This document shows, piece after piece, positions 40,951 to 53,088 of a stretch of DNA of 64,000 nt (position 1 is the first letter of the stretch; the number at the start of each line of letters is the position of its first letter). The notes under the pieces were generated by a model, which did no database searches, was not told the DNA's origin, and saw only the letters and a list, made by a program, of their open reading frames with translations. The stretch covers positions 9,254,907 to 9,318,906 of the forward strand of contig CAVNZM010000001.1 of NCBI GenBank assembly GCA_963693365.1, given 5' to 3'. The DNA comes from Amoebidium appalachense (taxonomy: Eukaryota; Protista; Ichthyosporea). Made by a program: the position numbers and the translations under genes.

Positions 40951-41456
40951 CAGAGCGTCGCACAACAGCAGTAGTCTAGACTCCAGAGTCTCTGGACTCT
41001 AGACACAAGTAAATAAACCTAATTGACGAAGCCAGTTGAACCATCAAGCATACACATGATTTTAAACTTGCCCCTTTTCCCATTCAAACAAATAGTTTGG
41101 GAGCATTTCCTAATCCTATAGCCATGTGGTCCTTGGGCCACGCGCCCAAATTTATGCAGCATCATGATCCGACTTTCGTCGTTGCGGTCGGAACTAGTAG
41201 GCCTAACTTACAAAAAAAGGAATGTGACTGGGCACTTGCTCGTTGGCAGCCGAACGTGCACCCTTGAAAACCGTTACAAAACATGTGCACCTGCATAGCG
41301 GTAATTTTATGCAATGTGATTGGGAGAAAGTATATAAGCCTATCCTTTTCCGCCAAAACATTATCAGTCTTATCATTGTCCTTTCCCTCAACTCTTGCGT
41401 CCTTCCACCGCCGTGCACAATAATTATTGCAACAGATCAACAGATATCGATCTACC

Positions 41457-44421
41457 ATGAAGTCCCTTATTGCGCAAGTGGCCCTGCTGGCCTTCGGCCT
41501 GTCTACTACTGGAGTTGCTGCCGCCCCTGCAGCAGCCCCTGCCCTGTCCCTGCCTGTGATGTCCAGCAAGTTGGTGAGTGTTGGTATGGAGTGTTGAGTA
41601 CAAGTAAGTACTAGTACAAGTACTGCAATATATCATGTGACAGCCCTTCATATGAAAGCTTTAAAGCTACTGGTTCTAGATCTTTTTCCCCCTCTTCTCC
41701 GTCTTCCTTCGTGCATATTATAATCTCTGTGTGCGCGATTGCTGCTATCGGTTCTGAATCAGGGTCTCGGCGAATTCATTGCGCCTTGTAACCCTCACAC
41801 ATGCATTCTCCCTGTGTTACTGAACATTTTTGCTACTTATACTACACAAGTTCACAGCACAAATTTTATAACAGCGGCCATATATCATAAGCTAGCCCAA
41901 GAAATCTAGGGGGGAAATAATTGTAAATAAAGGACAGACGGCATTTACAATGGTAGAAGAATGTATGCGCATGCATGCCGCACGGTGACACTATTGAAAT
42001 TGGGCTTGAGCACTGCTAACCCTATACCATCCCCATCTTTCCGATCCAACAGTGGACGCCCTACACTGATGCAGCGAAACAGCCAGCACCCCTTGCAAAC
42101 CCCAACCCGCCCCCCGCAAACATGCCGCCACCACGCAATGCCAGTGACGGAACACCCTACTACCTCATCAACCTTGCAACAGGAAAAAAATCGCCTTTCT
42201 ACGGTGTCACCGACGGGCAGTATTGGGGCATGATCGTTGTTGGACGGAAGGGTGTTTTGGTTGTGGACAGCCCGGGGGCTTTTGTTGTTGATGCAGCCAA
42301 GGCCGTGAGCAAGGAGACGGGGAAGAAGGTGACTCACTATGTTTACAGCCACCGCCACCTCGACCACAACGGGCACGTGCAGGAGTTTAAGGACATGGGC
42401 GCTACCATAGTGGGCCATACTGACACTGCAAGGTGAGTGCAATGGGTAACCTATTATAAGAACAGGGGGTGGGGGGGTTGGGGGCGCGTAGCCTTTAGAA
42501 TGGGGGGAGGGGAGGGGAAGGGGCGGGGAGGGGGGAGGGGGTGGGGAGGGGGTGGGGGAGGAGGGAGGGGGGGGGGGGGGGGGAGGGGGGGGGGGGAGAA
42601 GTGCATTAGTAACCTTTAGGAGTATGCACCGTGTGTTGTGTGGATAGAGTGATGGTAATCAGTGCGCCACCCATCAACCAAACAAAGACACTCTGCCGCA
42701 GCACGTGCACGGTGTACTGTTTGTGTGGGTCACGGAGGGAGGGGGGAGGGGGGGCCCCGGAGGGGGGGGGGGGGGGGAGGGGGGAGGGGGCAGGGGGGCG
42801 GCCAGAGGGGGGGGTGGGGGGGGGTATAAAGGGTATAAGGGGCGAGGCCCGAGGTGGGGTCGAGGGGGGGGATCAGAAAGCTGGTTATTATTAGATAGCT
42901 AGGGGAGGGAATGTTCATGCATTCGGATCCGTTTTTCACACTTTCAGGGAATGCACATAGTTTCCATGCATTCTAGGCCCTGTTGTTATCCGGATCCTTC
43001 CCCCCCCCCCCCCCCCCCCTCCCCCTCCCCCTCCCTCCTCCCCTCCCCCCTTCCTCCTCCCTCTAGATCTTCCCCCTCTTTCCTCCCGAACCACGGCTTT
43101 CTGTCCTCACCGTCCCCCCCCCCCACCTCCCCCCCCCCCCCCCCCCCCCCCCCCCGTGTCACATCCCGGGCTCATTACCACGAGCACCACCACCACCACT
43201 ACATACCCAACAAACAATGAACATCAACTGCTAGGCATACACACAAAGGGGAAAAGGGAAAGAGGAGAAATAAAAACTTACACACGCACACGCGTGCGCG
43301 CGAGCGCACACACACACAAACACACACACACAACACACCCGCACACGCACGGACACATGCTCACGCACACGCACACGCGCAAGCATGTAAATACAGTTCC
43401 TGCCCTCACCCCCTCCCCTCCCCCCCCCCCCCTCCCGACTGTCCTGGACCACACTACGTTTTAGCCACTTTACATAGCAGGAAAAATGTGCAGAACCTTA
43501 TTCTTGTTTCACACACAGGTACCTGTCCAAACTTGGAGATCTGCGACCCAAAACCCAAGCCCTCGTGGATATTTCAGTCACCGACGAACATATTATTGAC
43601 CTGGGGAATAGAAAGATCGTCCTCAAGGTATGTGTTTGGTTGGTGCAATCTAACCGTGTAAACGAAACGATGCATGCATTTAGGTGTGAGCGGGGTCAAC
43701 GGTAGCACTTTTTGGAAAGAATAGAGAGCTGAGCGTGAACCATGTCTGTGTGTGCTGTTTTTTACATTGATTTTTCACTGCCGCTCGTTCTTCACTGGTC
43801 CGTGGCGGATGTGTGTCCGTACCAGCGGGAGGGTTTGGTTGTGTGGATTTTGTGTGAACCAAGTATTTTGATTCATACATTCAGCCTTGCAAATTCTAAT
43901 CATATCTCAATACCCTCTCCATATCACAGGACAGCAAGAGCACCAACCACATTGACGGCAACCTCATCATCCATGCCCCCACCGATGACATCCTAATGTT
44001 TGTTGACGTCATCACCCCCGGCCTCGCCTCCTTCCGCGGCATCGGTGCCGCCGTCGACATCCCCGGTGTTCTCGACAGCCACAAGGAGATTCTCGCGCAT
44101 GACTTTAAACACTTTATCGGTGGTCACGGTACCCTGGGCTCCCGCGCCGACGTGCAGTTAAATTACGACTATAACAACGATGTCGTTCAGTTCACAAAGG
44201 AGGCGTTGGGTAGCGGTATTTCCTTCCAGGCGGTTGGGCCCTTGGTTGGGAAGACGGGTAACGCTCACACGGTGCAGGAGGCGTTTTTCGCGCTCGTGGG
44301 GAAGGCGTGCGGGGAGAGGTTGGTGGAAAAGTATGGAAAGAAATTGGAGGGGGTGGATGCAACGGCCAGCAACAGCTGCCAGACGGCTGCACTGGCTATG
44401 CTCATGTATGGCACATTGTAG
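41457..44421 (+). CDS. Secreted metallo-beta-lactamase-fold hydrolase, ~365 aa, 4 exons
   Basis: Predicted exons 41457-41573, 42053-42432, 43519-43627, 43930-44421; GT-AG, phase-compatible, 1098 nt. Signal peptide MKSLIAQVALLAFGLSTTGVAA. MBL motifs VLVVD, YSHRHLDHNG (HxHxDH), TNHIDGN, LMFVDVI and FIGGHG. Confidence 0.9.
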
Positions 44422-44838
44422 AGCGTGGTGTTCCAAAGTGGATCATGAATGTAACCTACTGAGCACGGGGTTATATAGCGCCAGTGTAGTCTTAGAGCTC
44501 GGCCAATTTCTAGTTCATAGGAGGTGGCATTAGTTTGTATACATATCCAACAAGATGTGTTTGGGTTTGAGGCGTGAATAGACGTCTCGATTTGGGTGCA
44601 AGAAGTTCTTTTTATTTTTTTTGTTCGGTGTTGCAGAACCATAGCATGTGCATTTTTCCTAAGAGTCTAACGCCAAATTCCTGATTGTGGTAGATCGAAT
44701 GCTTCCACCAGATTCACGGGCAAACATGTTACGTTCCAACATCTTGAATTCGAATAAATGCATCAATTCCTTCCATTCCTGAAATGTGAACCTTCCCCCC
44801 CCCTCCCCCCCCCTCCCCCCCCCCCCCCCCCCCCCCCC

Positions 44839-44890
<52 letters not shown>

Positions 44891-45371
44891 AAAAAAAAAG
44901 AAAAAGAAGGGCGGGGAGGGGGAGGGGGGGGGGGGGGGGGATTTAAGGGTAGCCTTTTATACTTATCCTGAGAAGGCTTGATTTTATATATAACGTTTTG
45001 GAAATCTTCCGTCCCATAATCATGATGCAGAATCGGAGAGGGGGTGCGCGGGGAGAGAGGGGGAGGGGGTTCCCGGACGGGGGGGGGGGGGGGGGGGGGG
45101 GGGGGGGTCCCGAGAGGCGCCAGGGGAAAAACAGGTCAGAGCAATTGCTGGCTATAGAGACGTGTGAAAACCTCGACAAGAACATAAAAAGACAAAACCC
45201 TGTTTTTAACACTCCAATATCAGCCATTAAAGTGACGAGTCGAAGAACTTCGAGCTCGATATTTGCACAACTCTGTGATCTAATAGTATTACTACATATC
45301 AGTGTATGGGACATTTAGCGCAAATTATTAAAACGCAAAAGTCTCGTCTAAGACGTTTCCTGGGACCCCCA

Positions 45372-45481
<110 letters not shown>

Positions 45482-46076
45482 CTAACACATGAGTGTTGCA
45501 ATGGACGGATCCCACGTGCACATGTCCTATCTCCCTGCTATGTTTATTTACAGGGGGGAAGGGTGGGGCTGGAGACTCGGAGGTGCCAAATATTTATTTG
45601 TTATGGGATCCATGGGATGTGGAGACGAAACAACATTGCCCCCTTCTCCCCCCCCCCCCCCCCCCCCCCCCTCCATGCATATATCCCTCCCCCGGCCCTC
45701 CCCCTCCCCTTTTCTTTCGCCCCTCCTTGTGTACTGGCCTGTTGCCAGCACCAAACACACAACGTCACGTCGATGCATAAATACACTGCGCAGCTAATGC
45801 ACACACAACGGGTCTCAGTTTTATTTTGCCGAATTTATGGTTTGACAAGTGGTTATTCTTTTTCATGATTGGGAACACCCTTCTGAATCAGCCCCCCCCC
45901 CCCCCCCCCCCCCCCTCTCCCCCCCCCCCCCCCCCCCCCCCTCCACCTCCTTCCCCCCAGCAAAAAAAAAAAAAGAGAGAGAGAGAGATAGGGAGGAAGA
46001 AAAAAAAATAGCAATCTTCCGAAAGCAATCTCCATAGTATTATCGGAATAAATGCAATCAACACCCACACCATTGA

Positions 46077-46107
<31 letters not shown>

Positions 46108-46870
46108 CACACACAGACACGCGCAAACTCACACTTCGACGCACACACACACCCGTGCTATCACGGTGCGTGTGCAACCACACAAACAGAAACACGGAAA
46201 CGCGCGCACACATACATTGGGTGCCCCTGTGCTTTCATCTGTGTGTGCGCGTACACCTAGGCGCCTGTGCACGTGACGGTGCCTCTGTGCGTAAAATATG
46301 TATGCACATGGGTTCTTGTCATTGGGCTGCCAAACGCCAATATGCATATCCGCATTTTTGATTGGCTACTATAGTACGTGGGCCAACATACAAGGCATGA
46401 TCGGATTCCCCTTTAGAGCCTTTAAGGCACGATTGCAAATATGGCCGTATATGGAGAAGTTCTGACTCAGTGTCTGCGTCACACAGACTGTAAGAGACTA
46501 ACGGTCTCGGAACTTCGCTTGCAATGCGCCGATGATGATCCGAATGAATATCAGTTATGAAAAGACTGCACGCAATGGCATCCCCTCACTGATGCATCGA
46601 CCGAGTCTTATCATGACTATGATCATGAACCAATCGAATACGTGAGGTTCAAATTTCTACCATATTTGGTAGCAAATCTAACCACGTGAATCTACGACCT
46701 TTAAGTAGTTAAAGAGGGTTTCTTAGCTTTCCGGGTCGGGTCGGGTCGGAGGGGTTTCTAGATATGTGATTGGCCTGCTGCGCATCAGTGTCGGTCCCCA
46801 TAACCGACACGTTTTGTCGGCAGCAAGGCACAGATGTGCAATGATTCAATCCAAAAAGAAAAAAAAAAAT

Positions 46871-46905
<35 letters not shown>

Positions 46906-48058
46906 AAGAAAGAGAAAGGGAAGAACCAAGCGTTAGGAAGAAGCCGCGGCAGTTCAAAATTTTGATTTATATGGCTTGGCCCGGATGTGCTGGAATGTGG
47001 CCAATCCTTTGGCCTAAGAGAAACCCCCAAGCACGCCGAAGTTGTTCGAAAGCCACAGAGTGTCCAGAGGTGTTTATGCGGTTGCATGATCGCACGTGCA
47101 GATTGGGTATGGGTATCAGGCGGCACGTGGGTGGCAACAGTTGCGTACGCACGCGTGTGTGTTGTGTATGTGTGTGGGCGTGGGCGTGGTGGTGGTTTGG
47201 TTTTGTGTGTGGGGGTGTGTTGATTTTGTGTGTGTGTGTTGGGGGGGGGGGGGGGGGGGGGGGGGGTAATGTGGTATTTCTGGACCCCCCCCCCCCTCCC
47301 CCCCCCCCAATTACAAATACATCACTGGTAACTGAATAAATGTTATTCATTCAAACAGCCGTTACACGCTGTGTCACCGGCCAAAACATTATTCCGAAAT
47401 ACATTCGAATATCCATCTTACGTATACAGTCAGTCGGAGAGCAAACCCCCACTTGAAATTTGGATTGATACACGGATTTTCCCATGCGTTGTTATCCCAA
47501 TGAAACACGACCGAGAAACTCCAAACAAGGTTGCGGAAAGAAAGCCGCTACATGTCCCCTATTCTCGAGAAAACAGAATACATTCTAGATATCCATGATT
47601 CTCTTTTCTTTTTGAGAATACAGAATATGATAGATATATATCCATGATTTTGTAAAGGCTAAAAAATATTGACCTGCTCCATGCACAAATTATATCTGGG
47701 CCGTTTTTGAACTAATGGCTTAATTTATGGTTTACACGTATGCCCAATGCGTGGTGCTGGGATTCAAGAGAAGAAGTAAAGCAAAGTGTAGGCAAACGAA
47801 AATTCGTCGGAAAAATGAAAGATCAAAAGAAACCAACACAAAAAAACACCCAGTTGTAGCGGCTACACACCGCCCGCTCGTGTTTTAAAGGTATCACGAC
47901 CAAAATATCACAGAAGATAACACACACACACACACACACTACCCACACGCACACACGAATAAAAGGGCACCAAAAAAAAAAAAAAAAAAAAAAAAAAAAA
48001 CGCACAAAGTTTAATGTCGTGTGAGAAAGGGGCTACAAGTCCAAAAACCACAATTAAT

Positions 48059-48094
<36 letters not shown>

Positions 48095-48159
48095 CACACA
48101 CACACACACGGACACAAACACATCATGTAAAACAACAAAAAACCAAAAACAAAAACAAT

Positions 48160-49689
48160 TTACGCAACATTCACCGTCTCCTTCGTCTCCAACTCCTGCT
48201 CCAGCGCCAAATGCGCCGCCTTTGCCAACAGCTCCAACCCAAAATATTCCTGCTGCTGCGACCCAGCGGTCCCACTTCCAACAACCTCCCTCGGCTCATC
48301 TTTCATCTCATCTTTCCCTCCCATCATCGCTCCGGACGCATCGAGATACCCTGACCCGGGGTCCGCCAACATTGGAGCGTGCGGATCACTCAATATGCGA
48401 TTGGGCAAACGGTCGATCCTCACCTTCCCTTCCGTGCTCCACTTGGGGCTCTCCCTCGCTTGGTCACGCTTCAGTTTCAATCTCCTCCCGTCCTCATGTT
48501 TCCCTTTCCCTTTCGTTTTCGTTCCTTCTCCGTCCTGCTTGCGTTTAATCGTTGCGCTCTTACCCGTCTGCTTCTTAATCCCAACCTTCCTCGCTTTCAC
48601 CTGCGGGGTCCCGTCCATCATCACAGTCGTTTTGGGCGACGCTGCCATGTTTTCCTTCGGCGAAACATGCACCGTTGTGTTGTGGTAATTCATCTTGCCG
48701 GAATCGTGGGGAACAGGCGGAGGCGGTAAACTCTCGCTCGAGCTTGTTTGGTGTGGGTGGGGGAGTTGGGAACCCGACGGTGGGTAGTATTGCGGTTGCA
48801 TAGACGGAGTGTGGGGTGGCATGGGCGGTGATGGGCCATGTTGGTAATAGGGCTGCATGTGCGGTGGTGGTGTTTGGTGGGGCATGGGATGAGGTGTGGG
48901 TGGGGGGTAAGGATGAGGAGGATGAGAAACCACGTTCTGGTGTGGTGAGCCCTCGTACGGCTGAGGCTGCGGGTAGGGATGAGAGGTGGGGGCTGGGCGC
49001 GGGTCGTAGCTATTGCTCCGTTCATAGCGTGGTGGGTACTGGTGGTGGTGGGGAGGTGGGGGTGGGGGCGGGGGCGGACCGGGTGGAGGTGGGTTGGAAT
49101 CGTTCGGGTGGTACTGTTGCTCGTATCCGGAACCGTAGTTTGCATATGGGCGGTGGTATGGTTGTGGTTGGGATGGCGCAATGGGAGGTCCCATGTGCGG
49201 CGAGGAATGAGTGGGGGCCGGCTGGGGTGGTGGTCTGCTGGGAATGAGGTGTGCCGGTCGCAACTCAACCAGACGTCTCGGACGGAAAACGACATAGTCT
49301 TGCTCGTCCTCCTCCTCTCCTGAGACTCTCTGATGCCCCCCTTCTTCCATGTTTTCATTACCTGAATACCCCTCCCCCTCCCCTTCTTCTCCCTCGTTTT
49401 TCTCCTCGTCATCCGACCGTTTTTGCTTTGGGTAGCGCACATCGCACGGCCGGTTGGCGGCTTCGCCAAGCGCGAGGGTGGTTGCATCGGGGTGCTTTAC
49501 ACGAACATGGTTTTGTAGCACCGTCTTAGAGGAATACTGACGCCCACATCCCGGAAAACTGCACGGCCAATCAAGCTTTAGCTCAACCCTTTTGCGACGA
49601 TGTCGGGGCGCGCGCGCGGGATAACGAGGAAGATAGGACCATATGGGTCCGGCAAACATTCGTTCTTTGCTGAGCTGTTGCCTGTACAT
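48160..49689 (-). CDS. Single C2H2 zinc-finger protein with Pro/His/Gln-rich region (putative transcription factor), ~509 aa, intronless
   Basis: First ATG at 49689 (alternative 49659); the ORF track start at 49806 is a TTG. RHRRKR then WPCSFPGCGRQYSSKTVLQNHVRVKH, acidic patch, long P/H/Q/Y tract, basic patch, C-terminal GLELLAKAA. Confidence 0.88.
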   Translation of the reverse strand: MYRQQLSKERMFAGPIWSYLPRYPARAPRHRRKRVELKLDWPCSFPGCGRQYSSKTVLQNHVRVKHPDATTLALGEAANRPCDVRYPKQKRSDDEEKNEGEEGEGEGYSGNENMEEGGHQRVSGEEEDEQDYVVFRPRRLVELRPAHLIPSRPPPQPAPTHSSPHMGPPIAPSQPQPYHRPYANYGSGYEQQYHPNDSNPPPPGPPPPPPPPPHHHQYPPRYERSNSYDPRPAPTSHPYPQPQPYEGSPHQNVVSHPPHPYPPPTPHPMPHQTPPPHMQPYYQHGPSPPMPPHTPSMQPQYYPPSGSQLPHPHQTSSSESLPPPPVPHDSGKMNYHNTTVHVSPKENMAASPKTTVMMDGTPQVKARKVGIKKQTGKSATIKRKQDGEGTKTKGKGKHEDGRRLKLKRDQARESPKWSTEGKVRIDRLPNRILSDPHAPMLADPGSGYLDASGAMMGGKDEMKDEPREVVGSGTAGSQQQEYFGLELLAKAAHLALEQELETKETVNVA

Positions 49690-50197
49690 TGTTGCGAGTT
49701 TTGCGGTACCCTTGTCAGGGTACTGTATGTGCACTAGCGACTTATGAACTAGAAATTCGTTATCGTGGCAAGGGCACAATGCGTGTGAGTTGAGCAACCG
49801 TAACAAAAAAAATAAATGAACGTGGTTTTATAGGTGCGAGAAAGGAATTTCGCTTATTCGTTTCTGTGAAAAAAAGAGAGAGAAAAGAAAGACAAAATTA
49901 AAGAGTACGTCGCCTTCCTGCGTAAACCGCAAAGAAGCAAGCTATCACAAAAATATGGGATGCAAAGTTTGGGCTAAGAGAATTACAATTAAGATGTAGT
50001 AGTGTGCTCCGTGTCCAGACTTTTGTTTCTGCCCACTACTTGACACAAAAGGATAATAATGCCTCAAGAAAAAAAAAACACACTAAAAACAGTGCCACAT
50101 GCAGCCAAAAAGAACAGGTGTGCGTGTGAAGAAAATATGCTGATTTGACAATCAACATCTAAGGCTTCCTAACCTAAATATAATACTTTCTTCTTAT

Positions 50198-50540
50198 CTG
50201 ACCAATCGTTCCTACCGCGAAGGCACGGTCTTCGTTTTCCAGCACAAAAAAAAAAACACAACAGAAGAACGCGTGCAGGCAAACGGTTGAACTGGCGGCT
50301 GTGTGTGTGGGAAGGAAGACGTCAGTGAAACGAACGAATCAAAGTCATGGGAGGACGCTGATTGGCTACAGGGGTGCCTTACGTAAGGTGGTACGAACAC
50401 TTGATCTTTAGGGATGTGCTTTGATTGGATAACAAATTTAGGTGGGTTTTATGGATAGCCAATTAACGGTGCCTTTCAACTGCCTAATTTGGTTTTAGGT
50501 CATTTTGCTCAAGATTTGCTCGTTGATTGTGATTGGCTTC
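50198..50540 (-). promoter_or_regulatory. Cluster of CCAAT boxes upstream of the second C2H2 gene
   Basis: CCAAT/ATTGG at ~50202, 50361, 50424, 50459 and 50532, 500-850 bp upstream of the ATG. Function inferred only. Confidence 0.3.
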
Positions 50541-51479
50541 CGGAGGAGGGCGGCAAAAGAGCCCGAACGCATCAAAAAGAGTATCAGGAAAATTTGCACA
50601 AGAAAGTAAGGAACAAAATAGCTACATAAAATAGAAACAAATATGAAAAATATATTACGAAAGCATATTCTATATAAAACGCAACCGATATTGTTTATAC
50701 AGAAACTGAGAAGTACAATTGAAGTAATTACCCGCCAACTTCCAAAAACGGCTATTGTACAAATGAGCAGTCATTGAGCACCAATTATCATCTGCTCTTT
50801 TAGACAACACGCTTTTTGATAGGCTAATGGTGAAAGCAAAAACTCCTGCCGGCACGGGGTGCCGGATACAAAGCAATGTAAAGTTTTGTAAATTCATAAC
50901 CCAGGGAATTATGTTGACATTTGTCAGACAAATAGTAACAACACAAAACTGTAATATAGCTAACATCAAACCCAAACAATGTATTAAAGTTTTATGATTT
51001 AAACTTTTTTGGTTTATTTACACGCACTTCTTACGTAACATACACTGGTCTGTGTAACCTGCACAAACATTTGTGTTACAATTTATTTTCGCCGCTGGTG
51101 CCACTTTTGTGCTGACCTTTTTAATCGCAAGCATGTTGATAGGTGTGAATTTTTATGTCGCGTTTTACCTCTTTCCCTCCGGGTATCTGCTACACTAGCT
51201 GGCAATGTGAACACTTTAGACTTTTTGTTGAATTCTGTTGGTCGTCACATTGAGTATTTATATGATTTTCACACAGTGTTCAGGTATCTCAGTATGCACT
51301 TGTTACTGGATAACTCGTGAAGTTTTTATTGTCTTCTCAGTATGCCGTGCATACTTGTCATATCTTTCCGTCGAATAAATCCAGTCAAAAGAAAAAAAAA
51401 AATTTATGTACGCCCCACATGCAGGAAGTGTTTGGAGAAAGAAAGCTATTCACTTTCGGCTTTAGCGTTTTGATTGGTA

Positions 51480-53088
51480 CCGAGCACCTCGTATTTATCG
51501 ATTTTAAGAACGCGTACGACACGGTCGACCTCCCTCGCCTGTGGGCCAAGTTAGCCACTCGCGGTGTCCCATTCCAAATGGGTCGGCTACTGGAAGCTAT
51601 GTTTACGTTTACACGCGGACGAGCGGTGGTTAATGGGCGGCTATCCCCAGGGTTTACCCGCACGCGCGGGGTACTTCAAGGGTCCCTGCTAAGTCCTCTT
51701 CTTTTCAACCTGTATATTGATGATTTAGCCGACACTCTTTCTGCGGCACAAATTGACGGGGGGTTGCCATCCCAGGCTCCTCCCGCCCTCTTTTTTGCCG
51801 ACGATATTGTGCTTATGTCATCCGATCCTCTCGAACTACGGCAATACATTCGTGTGGTTGAACATTGGTGCCAGCGCAACGATATGCAGATTAATGTCAA
51901 AAAGTGTGCCCTTTTATCAAAATCGATACCGGCATGGGACGACGTTTGTATTTTCGGCAGTCCCCTCCCTCGCCCAATCGAATACAAGTATTTGGGGATT
52001 CCGGTGGACGAATGGGGCATATGTTTCAAACGGATGATCGACCGTCGGGTGGAGAGTGCAGGCAGGTGTCTTCGGTTATTTCGGGATGTGTATCTTGCTT
52101 CTCTTTCTCATACTGTCCACCTATACAATCGTCTTAGTATATTTCGCACATATATTCGCCCTTTGTCGGAATACGGGTTGCCCTTACTAGCTATGGCACC
52201 CCCTGATACTGTTACTAATGTCCTCAAATCATTAGATGATTTCCATTACACAACTTGTTGTATGTTTCTCACTGGTCTTTCCACACCTATCCCTAGACGC
52301 CTTTTTGATTCTCTCTACGCACTCACACCACCATCACAACGCGTACACGAATTAGCCCTTAAATTTCACGAGCACATCACCCGCCTGTCCGCTTGTGCCC
52401 CGGACCACCCGCTCTTCCGGCTACACGCATCCCCGCCGGATTCGCCCCTGTACCTCTTCCCTTCCCCATCGTCTCTGCCCATTGCCGAGCGCTATGTGGA
52501 ATGGCTGGCGACCCCCCCGGAGGTACGGCTAGATCATAGTGTGAATATGAATAGTTTCAAGTCTATGGCTGATAGATATCTTTTTACTCTACGTGTTGAG
52601 TCCCTTCCGGTGTTAGGACCGCACAAACACCAACTACTAGTAGCCTATATGGCGGATACGGTTAGAGAGTCTCGTTCATACATAGATTCGTTTATTCGTA
52701 ATGTGGTGTGGTGTAAAAACGCAAAGATGATTATGGCTTGGCGGTGTAATCGGTTTCTGGTGTCTCCTGCTCGTATGTGTAATATGTGTGGGGGGCGGTT
52801 TACTCGCGGCTGCATATCTATCAATAAATGCAACCTGTTAGCTAATGTATTAGAACCGGAGGTTATTGGCGGTTTTATTCTCTTTTCTTCATCTCTTCCT
52901 CAATATATCCGTTTTAAGATGACTATCCTAGATCACCTTATTAATGCTGCACAGTATGATATTGTGATCCGGTGCCTTAACTTTCTGTCGGAGCTACCGA
53001 TGCTAGCATCTGCTTACCCATAATATGTAATAGGGGTGTCAGATCCTACGATGGCGCTCATTGTTGCCTAGCATGTACATATGTCACT
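51480..53088 (+). mobile_element. 5'-truncated non-LTR (LINE-like) retrotransposon
   Basis: Recognisable RT homology begins abruptly at VFIDFKNAYD; the upstream in-frame sequence is AT-rich and non-coding-like. No microsatellites inside. No poly(A) tail or TSD identified, so boundaries are approximate. Confidence 0.85.
51482..53023 (+). CDS. Reverse transcriptase (non-LTR type), N-terminally truncated, with C-terminal Cys-rich motif
   Basis: Uninterrupted frame with FIDFKNAYD, RGVLQGSLLSPLLFNLYID, LFFADD, INVKKC, YKYLG, FRTYIRPLSEYG, then CNMC...C...C and LDHLIN. Confidence 0.9.
   Translation, partial: EHLVFIDFKNAYDTVDLPRLWAKLATRGVPFQMGRLLEAMFTFTRGRAVVNGRLSPGFTRTRGVLQGSLLSPLLFNLYIDDLADTLSAAQIDGGLPSQAPPALFFADDIVLMSSDPLELRQYIRVVEHWCQRNDMQINVKKCALLSKSIPAWDDVCIFGSPLPRPIEYKYLGIPVDEWGICFKRMIDRRVESAGRCLRLFRDVYLASLSHTVHLYNRLSIFRTYIRPLSEYGLPLLAMAPPDTVTNVLKSLDDFHYTTCCMFLTGLSTPIPRRLFDSLYALTPPSQRVHELALKFHEHITRLSACAPDHPLFRLHASPPDSPLYLFPSPSSLPIAERYVEWLATPPEVRLDHSVNMNSFKSMADRYLFTLRVESLPVLGPHKHQLLVAYMADTVRESRSYIDSFIRNVVWCKNAKMIMAWRCNRFLVSPARMCNMCGGRFTRGCISINKCNLLANVLEPEVIGGFILFSSSLPQYIRFKMTILDHLINAAQYDIVIRCLNFLSELPMLASAYP

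Noticed and set aside
46423-46703. TTAA-flanked segment (Kolobok/piggyBac-like?) containing ATGATGA...CTGA (C/D snoRNA-like)
   Set aside because: The ends do not form a convincing TIR, and the C/D candidate lacks a terminal stem or a recognisable rRNA guide.
51317-51479. N-terminal 55 aa of the 568-aa RT ORF
   Set aside because: AT-rich flanking DNA that is open by chance; RT motifs 0-2 are missing, consistent with 5' truncation.
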